From positions 1,728,001 through 1,792,000 of the forward strand of contig CBDAOB010000005.1 of NCBI GenBank assembly GCA_965197905.1: DNA of 64,000 bases, given 5' to 3'. The notes under the pieces are model-generated. The model searched no databases, had not been told where the DNA came from, and saw only the letters and a program-made list of their open reading frames with translations. Each line of letters begins with the position of its first letter. Positions within the stretch are counted from its first letter, which is position 1. Source of the stretch: Candidatus Latescibacterota bacterium (GTDB lineage: Bacteria > Latescibacterota > UBA2968 > UBA8231). Shown piece by piece: positions 9,626-19,417 of this stretch. The position numbers and the translations under genes are program-made.

Positions 9626-10480
9626 ATGGAGACCACCATTGGAGAGTTTCGCTCCCAGGGTTATGCTATTCTCAGGGGTGTGCTTGAGAAATCTCGCGTC
9701 GAAGCCGCGCGGCGCGAGTGCGGCGTTCTGGTGGACCAGCTCGGCGAGAGACTGCACGCCGAGGGCAAGATCGACGATCTGTGCGCCGACGAGCCATTCG
9801 AGATGCGCTTGATGCGCCTCTACGAGAACCGTTCGAACGAAGCCCCCAGAAATTTTCGGGCCCAACTCCACCGCGCCGGTTTCTTCGAGCTTTTCGCCCA
9901 TCCTCGCCTGTTGGACCTGGCCGAGCAGATCGTGGGTCACGAGGTCTTGCTCCACCCAACCTACACGGCGCGTCCAAAGCTGCCGGAGCACGAGCCCACC
10001 GAGGTTCCCTGGCACCAGGACAGCGGCAATACGGCCTTTATGCTGGGAGATGATCCCGCCGCCGCCGAGGTAGAAACCCTGCGCATGGCCAATATGTGGA
10101 CCCCGCTCGTTGCGGCGAACCGACACAACGGCTGCATGGCGTTTATTCCCGGTAGCCATCGCCAGGGCGTGGCGCCCCACGAGAAGGGCGACGCCACCAC
10201 CTCTTACACGCACATCGCCGACGAGTACACCCGAATAGTGGAGAAGCGCGCCGTGCCCATAGAGCTCGACCCGGGAGATGTGGTGGTCTTCCACGACCTC
10301 CTCTTCCACCGGGGCCTGCCCAACCGCTCGTCCTCCATCCGCTGGAGTGTCGAGTTCCGCTATCAGGACGCCACCCAGTCGACGCTGCGCCCCCAGAAGG
10401 GGCATCTCATCCGCTCCAGAGCCCATCCCGAGCGCGTCGTCCGGGACGCCGCACACTGGGCCCAACTTAAATTCCAGTGA
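9626..10480 (+). CDS. Phytanoyl-CoA dioxygenase (PhyH) family protein
   Basis: VPWHQDS, NGCMAFIPGSH, LFHRGLPN and RWSVEFRY. Confidence 0.88.
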   Translation: METTIGEFRSQGYAILRGVLEKSRVEAARRECGVLVDQLGERLHAEGKIDDLCADEPFEMRLMRLYENRSNEAPRNFRAQLHRAGFFELFAHPRLLDLAEQIVGHEVLLHPTYTARPKLPEHEPTEVPWHQDSGNTAFMLGDDPAAAEVETLRMANMWTPLVAANRHNGCMAFIPGSHRQGVAPHEKGDATTSYTHIADEYTRIVEKRAVPIELDPGDVVVFHDLLFHRGLPNRSSSIRWSVEFRYQDATQSTLRPQKGHLIRSRAHPERVVRDAAHWAQLKFQ

Positions 10481-12477
10481 AAAGAGCCGAGTCTCCTCTG
10501 CCCCCGCCGGTCGGCGCGAGCAGAGAGGAGGCCGGCGCCGCACCGCCAGTCATCACCCTGCGCGCCGTCGTCCTGGGCCTTTTGACCATTACCGCCATGT
10601 TCTACTACCTCACCCAGGTAGTGCATCGGATCGGTTCGGGCACGTTTGTCCACTCGCAGTTTCCGATGGCGGTCATCATCCCCTTTGTGTTCTGGCTTTT
10701 TCTGAACGTCGTGCTCAAGCGCGTGTGGCCCACGATGGCGCTGCGCCAGGGCGAGCTGTTGACCATCCTGGCGATGATGTGGGTTGTGGGCACTATACCG
10801 CAAATCGGGTGGATCAATTTCTGGGCGCCGATCCTAACGGCGCCGACCTACTTTGCCTCGGCAGAGAACCAGTGGGCGGAGACCTTCTTCGATTACCTCC
10901 CCTGGAGCGTCTTTGCACCCACCGACACCTTTCTGGTTCACGGATTCTGGTTCGGTCTGCAGCAAGGAGCGGCGGTGCCGTGGGATGGCTGGGTCGGTGT
11001 CATCTTCCAGTGGCTGGGCGTGTCGATGGCGATGCTGGCTTTCGGATTCTGCACCATCGTCCTCTTTCAGAAGCAATGGGAGGAGAACGAGAAGCTAACC
11101 TTTCCGCTGGCGCAGATGCCCCTCGATTTGATGCGCGGGTTCGACGGCCCCCGGCGCATGCCCGATCTCTTCCGCTCGCGTCTGTTCTGGATCGGCGCCC
11201 TCGCAGCCTTTGTGCCCACCCTCTACAATATCTTCACCTACTTCGCACCCGGCCTGGTGCCCCTGGAATTTTTGCAGAAGTATCGATACCTCGATCCAAG
11301 CATTCCCTTCATCGGCCATTGGAAGGTTCGTTTCATGCCCATCGTAATGGCGGTCACCTATCTGTGCCCGCTTGATATCCTGGGCAGCCTGGTGCTTTTC
11401 AAATTGGTGAATTTGACCATCAAAGGGGGGATCATAAACCGCGTCGGATTTTCGGTCGGGGCCCCAGGACAGCAAATCACGGGAGAAAACATCATCTTTC
11501 TGGAAAACTACGGCGCCCTGATGTTCATCGCGATGTGGGCGCTCTGGGTCGCCCGGGGCCATCTGCGCAAGCTCTGGCGCCAGGCCAGGACCGGGGAGGG
11601 TGATCGCCGCGAAGTGCGGCGCTATCGTCTGGCCTGGGCCGGACTGATACTGTCCACGTGCTACGTGCTCGTCTGGGCGATGACCCTGGGCATCAACCTG
11701 CCGCTCGCCGCCGGCGTGTTTGTGCTGATGGTGTTGACCCTGCTGGCGACGACCAAGTTGATCGCGGCCACGGGTTTTGCCTACCTGCTTCCGTATCGGC
11801 CGCATCTGAAGGGCGATAGCTTTATGGAAGAGATTGTCGGAACCGTCAATATTCCGGCGCGCGACCTGACGGCGATGAAGATTTTTACCAGCAAGGCCTT
11901 CTTCGGCACCTTTCTCATCCCGGCATGGCCGGCGATCACGCACATATTGCGCATGTTTTCGCTGAAGCGGCAACCGGGATGGGTGACGGCTGCGGTTTTC
12001 ATCGCTTTTCCGGTGGGTTTTGTGGTGGCGGCGGTGACCTTGATCGACCTGGTCTACACCGAGGGCGGGGCTATGCTCTACGTCTCGCATTACAGGGTTA
12101 ACCTGGTATACGACCAGATCTCTCATATCCTGCACAATCCCACCGTGTTTGACTGGGGCAAGCTGGCCGTGTTTTTATTCGGTTGGACCGAGGCGGGCGT
12201 TCTGACCTTTTTGCGGGCTCGATTCCACTGGTTTCCGCTGCATCCCGTGGGCCTCGCTTTCGAGGGAACCTTTGGTCCCGATCTCTACTGGTTGACCCTG
12301 TCGGTCGTGTGGATAGTCAAGCTGGTGATTTTGCGCTACGGCGGGCCGACGGCCTATGTGGCGGGCAAACCGTTCTTCTACGGGGTGGGCATCGGCTACG
12401 TGGGTGGGGTGATCCTTTCGGCCACGGTGGATCTGATCTGGTTTCCGACAGAAGGGCATCGGGTGCACTGGTGGTAG
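10477..12477 (+). CDS. Polytopic membrane protein, DUF6785/DUF6784-like (putative transporter)
   Basis: Many TM segments; KQWEENEKLTFPLAQMP, WFPLHPVG and KPFFYG motifs. Paralog of 33391-35328. Confidence 0.8.
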   Translation: MKRAESPLPPPVGASREEAGAAPPVITLRAVVLGLLTITAMFYYLTQVVHRIGSGTFVHSQFPMAVIIPFVFWLFLNVVLKRVWPTMALRQGELLTILAMMWVVGTIPQIGWINFWAPILTAPTYFASAENQWAETFFDYLPWSVFAPTDTFLVHGFWFGLQQGAAVPWDGWVGVIFQWLGVSMAMLAFGFCTIVLFQKQWEENEKLTFPLAQMPLDLMRGFDGPRRMPDLFRSRLFWIGALAAFVPTLYNIFTYFAPGLVPLEFLQKYRYLDPSIPFIGHWKVRFMPIVMAVTYLCPLDILGSLVLFKLVNLTIKGGIINRVGFSVGAPGQQITGENIIFLENYGALMFIAMWALWVARGHLRKLWRQARTGEGDRREVRRYRLAWAGLILSTCYVLVWAMTLGINLPLAAGVFVLMVLTLLATTKLIAATGFAYLLPYRPHLKGDSFMEEIVGTVNIPARDLTAMKIFTSKAFFGTFLIPAWPAITHILRMFSLKRQPGWVTAAVFIAFPVGFVVAAVTLIDLVYTEGGAMLYVSHYRVNLVYDQISHILHNPTVFDWGKLAVFLFGWTEAGVLTFLRARFHWFPLHPVGLAFEGTFGPDLYWLTLSVVWIVKLVILRYGGPTAYVAGKPFFYGVGIGYVGGVILSATVDLIWFPTEGHRVHWW

Positions 12478-12561
12478 AATCGCCGGGTCAAACTCTACCA
12501 CTTACAGAAGAGCTCAGGTTGTTTTCTCCCATCTAACCGTCCGATCCGAAAGGTGGGCACT

Positions 12562-13479
12562 ATGGAACCCAAGAACGTCGAGATCGTACCTGAGATTCCC
12601 GCGAACACGCAGCTCACGGAAGCCTGCTTTCGCCACTATTGCAAAACCATGGCATTTTCGCCCGCGGAAATCGCCTTTGTCATGGTCGATCTCTGGAACA
12701 CCGGCTTCGGCCCCAAACCACTTTCACACCTCGGTTGGGAAGCGGAATATAACGGGGGCAAGAGCCACTGCGATAGAGCCGGGGAAATAGAGCGAACGCG
12801 CATTCTACCCATGTTGAGCGCCTGCCGGGAATTGGGGATCACCGTCGTCCATGCACCTACGGGGGATATTGCCGTCAAACACAGACAGTGGGAAGAGATC
12901 GCCACCGAGGAAGAGAGGAATCTACCTCGCCTTATCCCCGAACCACCTGACTGGCCCCCATCTGACTGGGTTCAAGAGTGGCGCCAGGAACACCTGCACC
13001 TGTTTCGCACCAAAGAATGGATGGGGAACTACCGCAAACACGTGAGACCCAACCAGGACATCCCCGAACCGCTCAAACCGGTAGATGGCGATCTGGTCAT
13101 CACCACGGGCGACATGATGCATCGATTGCTGGCCGAACGAGGTATCCGGGTGCTGTTTTACTGCGGCTTTGCTACCAATATGTGTCTCATCGACAAGCCG
13201 GGTGCGATTGCGGATATGGCCGCGCGCGGTTATATGCCCATCGTCATCCGGGATGCCAGCACGGGAACCGAAAACAGCGAAACGGTGGACGGTCTATGGA
13301 TTACCCATGCGTTTATCGACCAGATTGAAATGATGTGGGGGTATTCCATCACCACCCAGGAATTTCTAAGCGCCATGCGGAATACAGAAAAGATAGAGGT
13401 CCCCTGCCGTTATCTCCGAATGCACAAACCCATGGAGTCCGAGACGGGACAGAGCCGATCGTCGGGAAACTCGATGTGA
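12562..13479 (+). CDS. Isochorismatase-like cysteine hydrolase
   Basis: FVMVDLWN, VVHAP, CGFATNMC and IVIRDAS. Confidence 0.8.
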   Translation: MEPKNVEIVPEIPANTQLTEACFRHYCKTMAFSPAEIAFVMVDLWNTGFGPKPLSHLGWEAEYNGGKSHCDRAGEIERTRILPMLSACRELGITVVHAPTGDIAVKHRQWEEIATEEERNLPRLIPEPPDWPPSDWVQEWRQEHLHLFRTKEWMGNYRKHVRPNQDIPEPLKPVDGDLVITTGDMMHRLLAERGIRVLFYCGFATNMCLIDKPGAIADMAARGYMPIVIRDASTGTENSETVDGLWITHAFIDQIEMMWGYSITTQEFLSAMRNTEKIEVPCRYLRMHKPMESETGQSRSSGNSM

Positions 13480-13504
13480 TCGTCTTTGAGGAGGAACGCG
13501 AACA

Positions 13505-15829
13505 ATGAGGCACTTGTCTGGGAGGTTTCGGGGCAGAGTATGCGTGCTGCCGGCGTGTTGCGCGGCGGTTGTAGTCCTGCTGATATCTTCAAGCTGCGGG
13601 CAAGATCAAGATAGCTCTTCTCAACCGATGCCGTCGACCCAATCCGAAGCCGTCTCGCCGGCGCCACCCGTACTGTCCAGCCATGCGCGGATGCTCGCCC
13701 TGCTGCAGCGAACCGCGGTTCAGCCCCTGCGCGACCACCCCATTCTGGGCAACAGAGCAGCGCGAAAGTTGCGACGCCGTTTAGCCGAGTTGAGGCCTGT
13801 TCAAGCGCCCCACCTCCCTTCGGCGAGCACAACAAGCGTGTATGCACAGCTGGGAAAAGCCGAGCTTCGCCTGGGCAACCTCGATCGTGGAATTGAGCAC
13901 CTCACCACCGTCCACCAGCAGCAGAAGCAGCTAAGTAGAGAAGGAATCGTCTCGCCGGAAGCAACCACCGAAGCGGCGTACCGCCTGGGCATCGCCTACA
14001 TGAGGCTAGGCGAGACCCAGAACTGTTGCAACTCCAATTCGGCGGAAAGCTGCCTCCTGCCGATTCGGGACGGTGGCATCCACTCGATGCAGAAGGGTTC
14101 AAAACAAGCCCTAGCCTATTTCACCGAAGTGCTGCAGAAGGTCCCGAAAGACTCGCCTCTGTACATGAAATCGGTATGGCTTCTCAACATCATGTACATG
14201 ACGATCGATGGTTACCCCGACCAGGTTCCGCCGCAATATCTGATTCCGCCGAACCTGTTTGAAGCGGAAGAGCCGTTCCCGAAGTTCGAAAATGTCGCCG
14301 CCAAGCTCGGCTTGGACACCTTCGACCTGCTCGGCAGCGCCGTCGTAGACGATTTTGCGGGCGACGGCTACCTCGACATCGTGGTGTCGACGTGGGATCC
14401 GAACCAGCAGATGCACTTCTTTCGCAACAACCGAGATGGCACCTTCTCCGACCGCAGCGAGCAGGCCAACCTCGTGGGTTTGGTCGGTGGGTTCAATATG
14501 GTACAGGCCGACTACGACAACGACGGCGATGTAGACATCTTCGTGCTGCGCGGAGGATGGACGCGCAAGTTCGGTCGGATCCCCAACTCACTCTTGCGCA
14601 ACGAGGGGGATGCAACCTTCACGGATGTCACCTTTGACGCAGGACTCGGAGAGAAACACTACCCGACGCAAGCCGGCGCGTGGGCCGACTACGACAACGA
14701 CGGCGACATCGATCTGTATATCGGGAACGAGGACCACGATTCTTCTGGGGACACGCCTTGTCAACTCTTCCGCAACAACGGCAACGGCACCTTCACCGAC
14801 GTGGCCAGAGATGCCGGCGTGTTGAACTTTGCTTACGCCAAGGCTGTGGGGTGGGGCGACTTTGACGGCGATCGGTTCCCAGACCTCTACGTTTCTAACT
14901 TCGGCACGGCCAATCGCCTCTTCCGCAACAACGGCGACGGCACCTTCACCGACGTGGCGCGGCAAATCGGCGTCACCGGTCCAAAGAGGAGCTTTCCAAC
15001 CTGGTTCTGGGATTTCGACAACGATGGCGCCCTGGACCTATTTGTGGCGAGTTACGAATGGGATAACGGCACCTTGGCAGCGGTAGTGGCCAGCCGACTT
15101 GGCAAGCGCGTCGGCTACCAACTGGCCCGCCTGTATCGCGGCGATGGCCGCGGCGGGTTCGAAGAGGTTGCCAAGGATCAAAATCTGAGGCACCTGACCC
15201 TGCCGATGGCCGCCAACTTCGGCGATCTGGACAACGACGGATTTCTCGATTTCTACCTGGGTACCGGCTACCCTTATTACGAAGCGCTGATGCCGAACGC
15301 CATGTATCGCAATCGGAGCGGGAGGGGTTTCTCGGACGTTTCTAGTGCCGGCGGTTTTGGCCACCTTCAGAAAGGCCACGGCATCGCCTTTGCAGACCTC
15401 GACAACGACGGCGATCAGGACGTCTTTGAGCAGATGGGCGGTTTTTACCCCGGTGACAAATTTTATAATGCCTTGTTTGAGAATCCCGGCTTTGGCAACC
15501 ACTGGATTGCGGTCAAGCTCGTTGGGGTCCGTACCAACCGCGCGGCGATTGGCGCCCGTATCCGCGTCGAGGTGATGGAGAACGGCCGGTTACGATCGAT
15601 CTACAAACACGTCAATAGCGGCGGCAGCTTTGGCGCTAATCCCCTGCGACAGACGATCGGTCTGGGCAAGGCCACCCGAATAGAAGTGCTAGAGGTGTAC
15701 TGGCCAACGACCGGACTGAACCAAACCTTCCGCAACCTTCCCGTGGACCAATTCATCCAGATCACCGAGTCGGAAGATCAGTACACGCAGTTGGCGATCA
15801 ACAAGCTCAGGTTTGGGTCCCCGGAGTGA
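13505..15829 (+). CDS. TPR + FG-GAP (CRTAC1, ASPIC/UnbV) exported protein
   Basis: Repeated DYDNDGDxD and FRNNGDGTFTDV motifs; C-term AAIGARI...GLG; N-terminal TPR helices and Cys cluster NCCNSNSAESC. Confidence 0.9.
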   Translation: MRHLSGRFRGRVCVLPACCAAVVVLLISSSCGQDQDSSSQPMPSTQSEAVSPAPPVLSSHARMLALLQRTAVQPLRDHPILGNRAARKLRRRLAELRPVQAPHLPSASTTSVYAQLGKAELRLGNLDRGIEHLTTVHQQQKQLSREGIVSPEATTEAAYRLGIAYMRLGETQNCCNSNSAESCLLPIRDGGIHSMQKGSKQALAYFTEVLQKVPKDSPLYMKSVWLLNIMYMTIDGYPDQVPPQYLIPPNLFEAEEPFPKFENVAAKLGLDTFDLLGSAVVDDFAGDGYLDIVVSTWDPNQQMHFFRNNRDGTFSDRSEQANLVGLVGGFNMVQADYDNDGDVDIFVLRGGWTRKFGRIPNSLLRNEGDATFTDVTFDAGLGEKHYPTQAGAWADYDNDGDIDLYIGNEDHDSSGDTPCQLFRNNGNGTFTDVARDAGVLNFAYAKAVGWGDFDGDRFPDLYVSNFGTANRLFRNNGDGTFTDVARQIGVTGPKRSFPTWFWDFDNDGALDLFVASYEWDNGTLAAVVASRLGKRVGYQLARLYRGDGRGGFEEVAKDQNLRHLTLPMAANFGDLDNDGFLDFYLGTGYPYYEALMPNAMYRNRSGRGFSDVSSAGGFGHLQKGHGIAFADLDNDGDQDVFEQMGGFYPGDKFYNALFENPGFGNHWIAVKLVGVRTNRAAIGARIRVEVMENGRLRSIYKHVNSGGSFGANPLRQTIGLGKATRIEVLEVYWPTTGLNQTFRNLPVDQFIQITESEDQYTQLAINKLRFGSPE

Positions 15830-15844
15830 GGAATCGGCACGACA

Positions 15845-17551
15845 TCATCCGTCCCTACCTTCATCCCCTCTTCCCTGCTGCAGGGTGACGATCTGACCGG
15901 CCTCGAAGGCGCCAAAGATTTCACTCTGACCATCGGTCCAGCGCACCACCACTTCAGAAACCCTCTCTTCGGAACCCAGTCCCACGTGGATGCGCGGATC
16001 GTTGGCGGCGAGATAGCTATAAGCCGTTCTGACCTCGCGGGTCTTTCTGCCACCTGCGACGCTAAACGTAACAACCGCACCCAGGGCATCGCGGCCGTGC
16101 TCGTCGAGCACCTCAAAGGCCATCCAGTTGCCCCGTTGTGCAGTTACGTTGTACAGCAGATAGGCCGGCGCATCGCGGTTGACCACCAGCACATCGACCC
16201 CGCCATCGTTGTCCACGTCGCCAAAGGCCGCAGCCCGACTCGTGCCCACCTGTAGCTCCGCCGTCCCTCCCCTGGGCAGAACCTCGGCGAAACGCGCCCC
16301 CGGCCTGCCGCGAAAGAGCAGGTTGGGCTCGGCAAAGCGGTCCGAGGAGTACTGTATGGAGTTGCTAATGTCCCCAATGCTTCCATTGGCCAGATACAAA
16401 TCCAGCAAACCATCGTTGTCGAAGTCGAGGATGCCCACGCCGAAGCGGGTAAACACCCCTCTGTCCCAGACCAGTCCAACCGCCGCAGTAGCGTCAGTGA
16501 AGTAATCTCCCCGGTTGAGAAAGAAGGAATCCGACTGTCGGCGCAGATTGACAACCAGCAGATCGAGGGTGGTATTGTCGTCGAAGTCGATCGCAGTGAC
16601 CCCCATGCCGGCTTTGGCCTTGCCACTTTCGTCCAGGGCACAGCCCCGCATTAGAGCCTGGTCGACAAAGGTGCCATCGCCCTGGTTCAGCCACAGCCGA
16701 TCCAGGTTGCTGTCATTGGCCACGAAGATATCGGTGCGGCCATCGCCGTCGAAGTCGCCGCACACCACACCCAGCCCGTTGCCCGATGCCGCTCCCAACC
16801 CAGATTCCCTCGTCACCTCGGCAAAGGTGCCATCGCCCTGGTTGCGATAGAGCACATCCGGCGTCGGGGCATCGTATTCAAGGGGATGGCAGTAATCCAG
16901 CTCGCCCAGCGGATTGGGGCATTCCTTTTCAACGGCTATCGACCAGTCGACGTAATTGGTTGCGAACAAATCGAGATCGCCGTCCGCGTCGTAGTCCACG
17001 AAGGCCGCACTGGTGCCCCATTCCCGATCCCCCACCTGTGCGACAGAAGTCAGGTCTGCAAAGTGTCCCCGAGCGTCGTTCTGCAACAAAACATTCGGCC
17101 CCACATTGGTTACGTAAAGATCGGTGTCGCCGTCATTGTCGTAGTCTCCAGTGGCCACCCCCATTCCGTAACCGCGATCGTCGACGCCGCTTCCCTTCGT
17201 GACATTTTCAAAGCGGCCATCACCCCTATTGCGGTAGAGCTGATTGGCGGGGCCAGACAGGTCTTCAGCGACCAAGCTACCCCCCTGCACCAGATAAGCA
17301 TCCAGGTCGCCGTCTTCATCCATGTCAAAGAGTGCCGCGCCCCCGCCCATGATTTCAGGCATCAAATAGCGCTGGCCGTGGCCGGCTTCGAAGACGAATT
17401 CGATCCCGCGTTCGCTTGCCACTTCTTCAAACCAGGGGGCGGTCTGCGTCTTCTCTGCATCCGACACGCGGACCTCTTCATCTGCCCGACAGCCGAGAGT
17501 TGAAAGGCAGGCTAAACCCCAGATGGGCAAGCATTGCTCGATCTTTACCAC
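15845..17551 (-). CDS. CRTAC1-family FG-GAP / ASPIC-UnbV lipoprotein
   Basis: TLGC lipobox; DYDNDGDTDLYVTN repeats; SYLAANDPRIHVGLG. Confidence 0.9.
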   Translation of the reverse strand: MVKIEQCLPIWGLACLSTLGCRADEEVRVSDAEKTQTAPWFEEVASERGIEFVFEAGHGQRYLMPEIMGGGAALFDMDEDGDLDAYLVQGGSLVAEDLSGPANQLYRNRGDGRFENVTKGSGVDDRGYGMGVATGDYDNDGDTDLYVTNVGPNVLLQNDARGHFADLTSVAQVGDREWGTSAAFVDYDADGDLDLFATNYVDWSIAVEKECPNPLGELDYCHPLEYDAPTPDVLYRNQGDGTFAEVTRESGLGAASGNGLGVVCGDFDGDGRTDIFVANDSNLDRLWLNQGDGTFVDQALMRGCALDESGKAKAGMGVTAIDFDDNTTLDLLVVNLRRQSDSFFLNRGDYFTDATAAVGLVWDRGVFTRFGVGILDFDNDGLLDLYLANGSIGDISNSIQYSSDRFAEPNLLFRGRPGARFAEVLPRGGTAELQVGTSRAAAFGDVDNDGGVDVLVVNRDAPAYLLYNVTAQRGNWMAFEVLDEHGRDALGAVVTFSVAGGRKTREVRTAYSYLAANDPRIHVGLGSEERVSEVVVRWTDGQSEIFGAFEAGQIVTLQQGRGDEGRDG

Positions 17552-17555
17552 GACT

Positions 17556-18986
17556 CTACAGATCCCCCCTTTGCGTTTTCAGCTGCTGCACTTTCTCTAG
17601 GAGAATCTTGATTCTCGGGAATTCAGGGTTGAGCGCGGCCGCGCGTTGGAAGGCGGCTTCGGCTTCATCGAGCGCTCCAAGTTTCTGATTCGCAACCCCG
17701 ATCCCCACAAACGCCTGCTCAAGGGTCGAATCAAGCTCGACGGCTCTCTGCAAATGGGCAAGTCCCGCATGCCATTGTTCGAGTTCGCACTGAACCAGGC
17801 CCAGCGGCAGGAGACGCCAAGGATTGTGCGGGTCGTATTGCAAGGCTTGTTCGAAGGCATCTGCCGCCGCCCGGTATTGGCCCATGTCCGCCAAAATAGT
17901 GCCTTTCTTCCCATACGCTTCTGCTGGCTCTGGATCCAGATCAATAACCCTCTCCAGGTGTTGGAGCGCCTGGGTCGAGTTTTGCAGATCCATATATGCT
18001 GATGCAATGCCAGAGTGGAGCTGGGCGTCTTCGGAATGACTGCTCAGTGCGGTGCTGAAGGCCGCGAGTGCTCGCCCGGGACGTCTTTGCGCGATATATG
18101 CCCTGCCAAGGTTGCTCAGGAGAGTCAGATCATCCGGGTGATGTTGTCGCAGCTTTTCCAACATGACAATGCCAGAATCCAGCTGCCCTACCTCGAAGAG
18201 TCGACGAACCCTGCCGAGCTTCGCGTCCAAACCCGCCTTGTACAGAATCACTTCTTCGTCCCACGCATCCTGGCGCCACACCGGCGCGCTTCCAGCGCCG
18301 CGTTCCAGTTCGACGCGGGCTTCCTGCCAGCGTCCCAGCTGGCGGTAGGCCGTCCCCAAAAGCAGGTGCGCGTAGGCGTCATCCGGCCACTCTACCATCA
18401 TCCTCTTGAGCACTGCAGCGGCCTGCTCGGGCCGTTGCTCCTGCAAGAGCACCCGAGCCAGGCCCCACCAGCCAGCCGGGTCGCCCGCATCGAGGGCGAT
18501 GGCACGCTCAAACGATGCCTGCGCCTGCTCCAGATGACCTCTTTCCAGCTGCCAGAGACCCAGGTGCCAGCGGACCGGGGCAAAATCGGGCGCCAACTCG
18601 ACAACCCGCTGGGCCGCTGCCATGGCTCCGACGCGATCCCCCATAATCATTTTGATCTTCGCCACCCGGTACCAGGCCTTTGGCTGGGTGGCGTCGAGCG
18701 AGAGGGCTTTTTGGTAACTTTCGAGGGCCAGGGCGATGAGAAGATTTGCTTCATAGACGTAGCCCAGACGCTTCCACAGCTCCGGCTCGCCGGGGTCTGC
18801 AGAGATCGCTTTGAGGGTTTCCTCGACTCGTGCGACGAGGGTCGGCTCCTTACCCTGGAGGATAGCCGGCACGGTGAGGTCGGCGGGCCAGGAACGCCAG
18901 AGTGCGAAGCTGCCGACCGCGACGGTTGCCACGGCAATGAACAGCGCGGTAAAGCGTCCATCGATTATCTTGCGACTTGAGTGCAT
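17556..18986 (-). CDS. Membrane-anchored TPR protein (start uncertain; in-frame ATG also at 19127)
   Basis: N-terminal TM followed by a long run of TPR motifs. Confidence 0.85.
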   Translation of the reverse strand: MHSSRKIIDGRFTALFIAVATVAVGSFALWRSWPADLTVPAILQGKEPTLVARVEETLKAISADPGEPELWKRLGYVYEANLLIALALESYQKALSLDATQPKAWYRVAKIKMIMGDRVGAMAAAQRVVELAPDFAPVRWHLGLWQLERGHLEQAQASFERAIALDAGDPAGWWGLARVLLQEQRPEQAAAVLKRMMVEWPDDAYAHLLLGTAYRQLGRWQEARVELERGAGSAPVWRQDAWDEEVILYKAGLDAKLGRVRRLFEVGQLDSGIVMLEKLRQHHPDDLTLLSNLGRAYIAQRRPGRALAAFSTALSSHSEDAQLHSGIASAYMDLQNSTQALQHLERVIDLDPEPAEAYGKKGTILADMGQYRAAADAFEQALQYDPHNPWRLLPLGLVQCELEQWHAGLAHLQRAVELDSTLEQAFVGIGVANQKLGALDEAEAAFQRAAALNPEFPRIKILLEKVQQLKTQRGDL

Positions 18987-19417
18987 GGAGGTGAAAAGCC
19001 GTTTTGCGTATGTGCGCAAGGCCGCCTCGATAAGCGGACGTGGAGAGAGAGACGATCGTGTTTCCTCGCGGGGGAAACAGGTCACGAGGAGAAGCAGCAG
19101 GGCGGAAAATAGGTTAAACGTTGCCATATTTCCACCGTTCCTGATAAGAGGCGGTCGGTTATGCGCATGGAGTAACGCTATCAGGATTTGCGGATCTGGT
19201 CTGGTGCCGGCCGGCGGTAACCGCACGCCGGGTAATGGGGCCGCTGTCGGCCAATTTCGTTCCTCCGTAGATTGTGCAGGTGGTCACCAACCATCCAACT
19301 CCTGCTGGTCACTCTCATCTGACGTTCGCCCCGGGGAAAAAGCCACTGCAATCGGTCCGGCCTTGCGACGCAAGCAGACCGCCTCCTGAAATCCCGCGCA
19401 GGGGTAAGGAGGTCGCC

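Noticed and set aside
14765..14958. 41-bp near-identical direct repeat (CTCTTCCGCAACAACGGC...GACGTGGC) and other GACTACGACAACGACGGCGA repeats
   Set aside because: These are in-frame FG-GAP coding repeats inside the CRTAC1 gene, not a CRISPR array.
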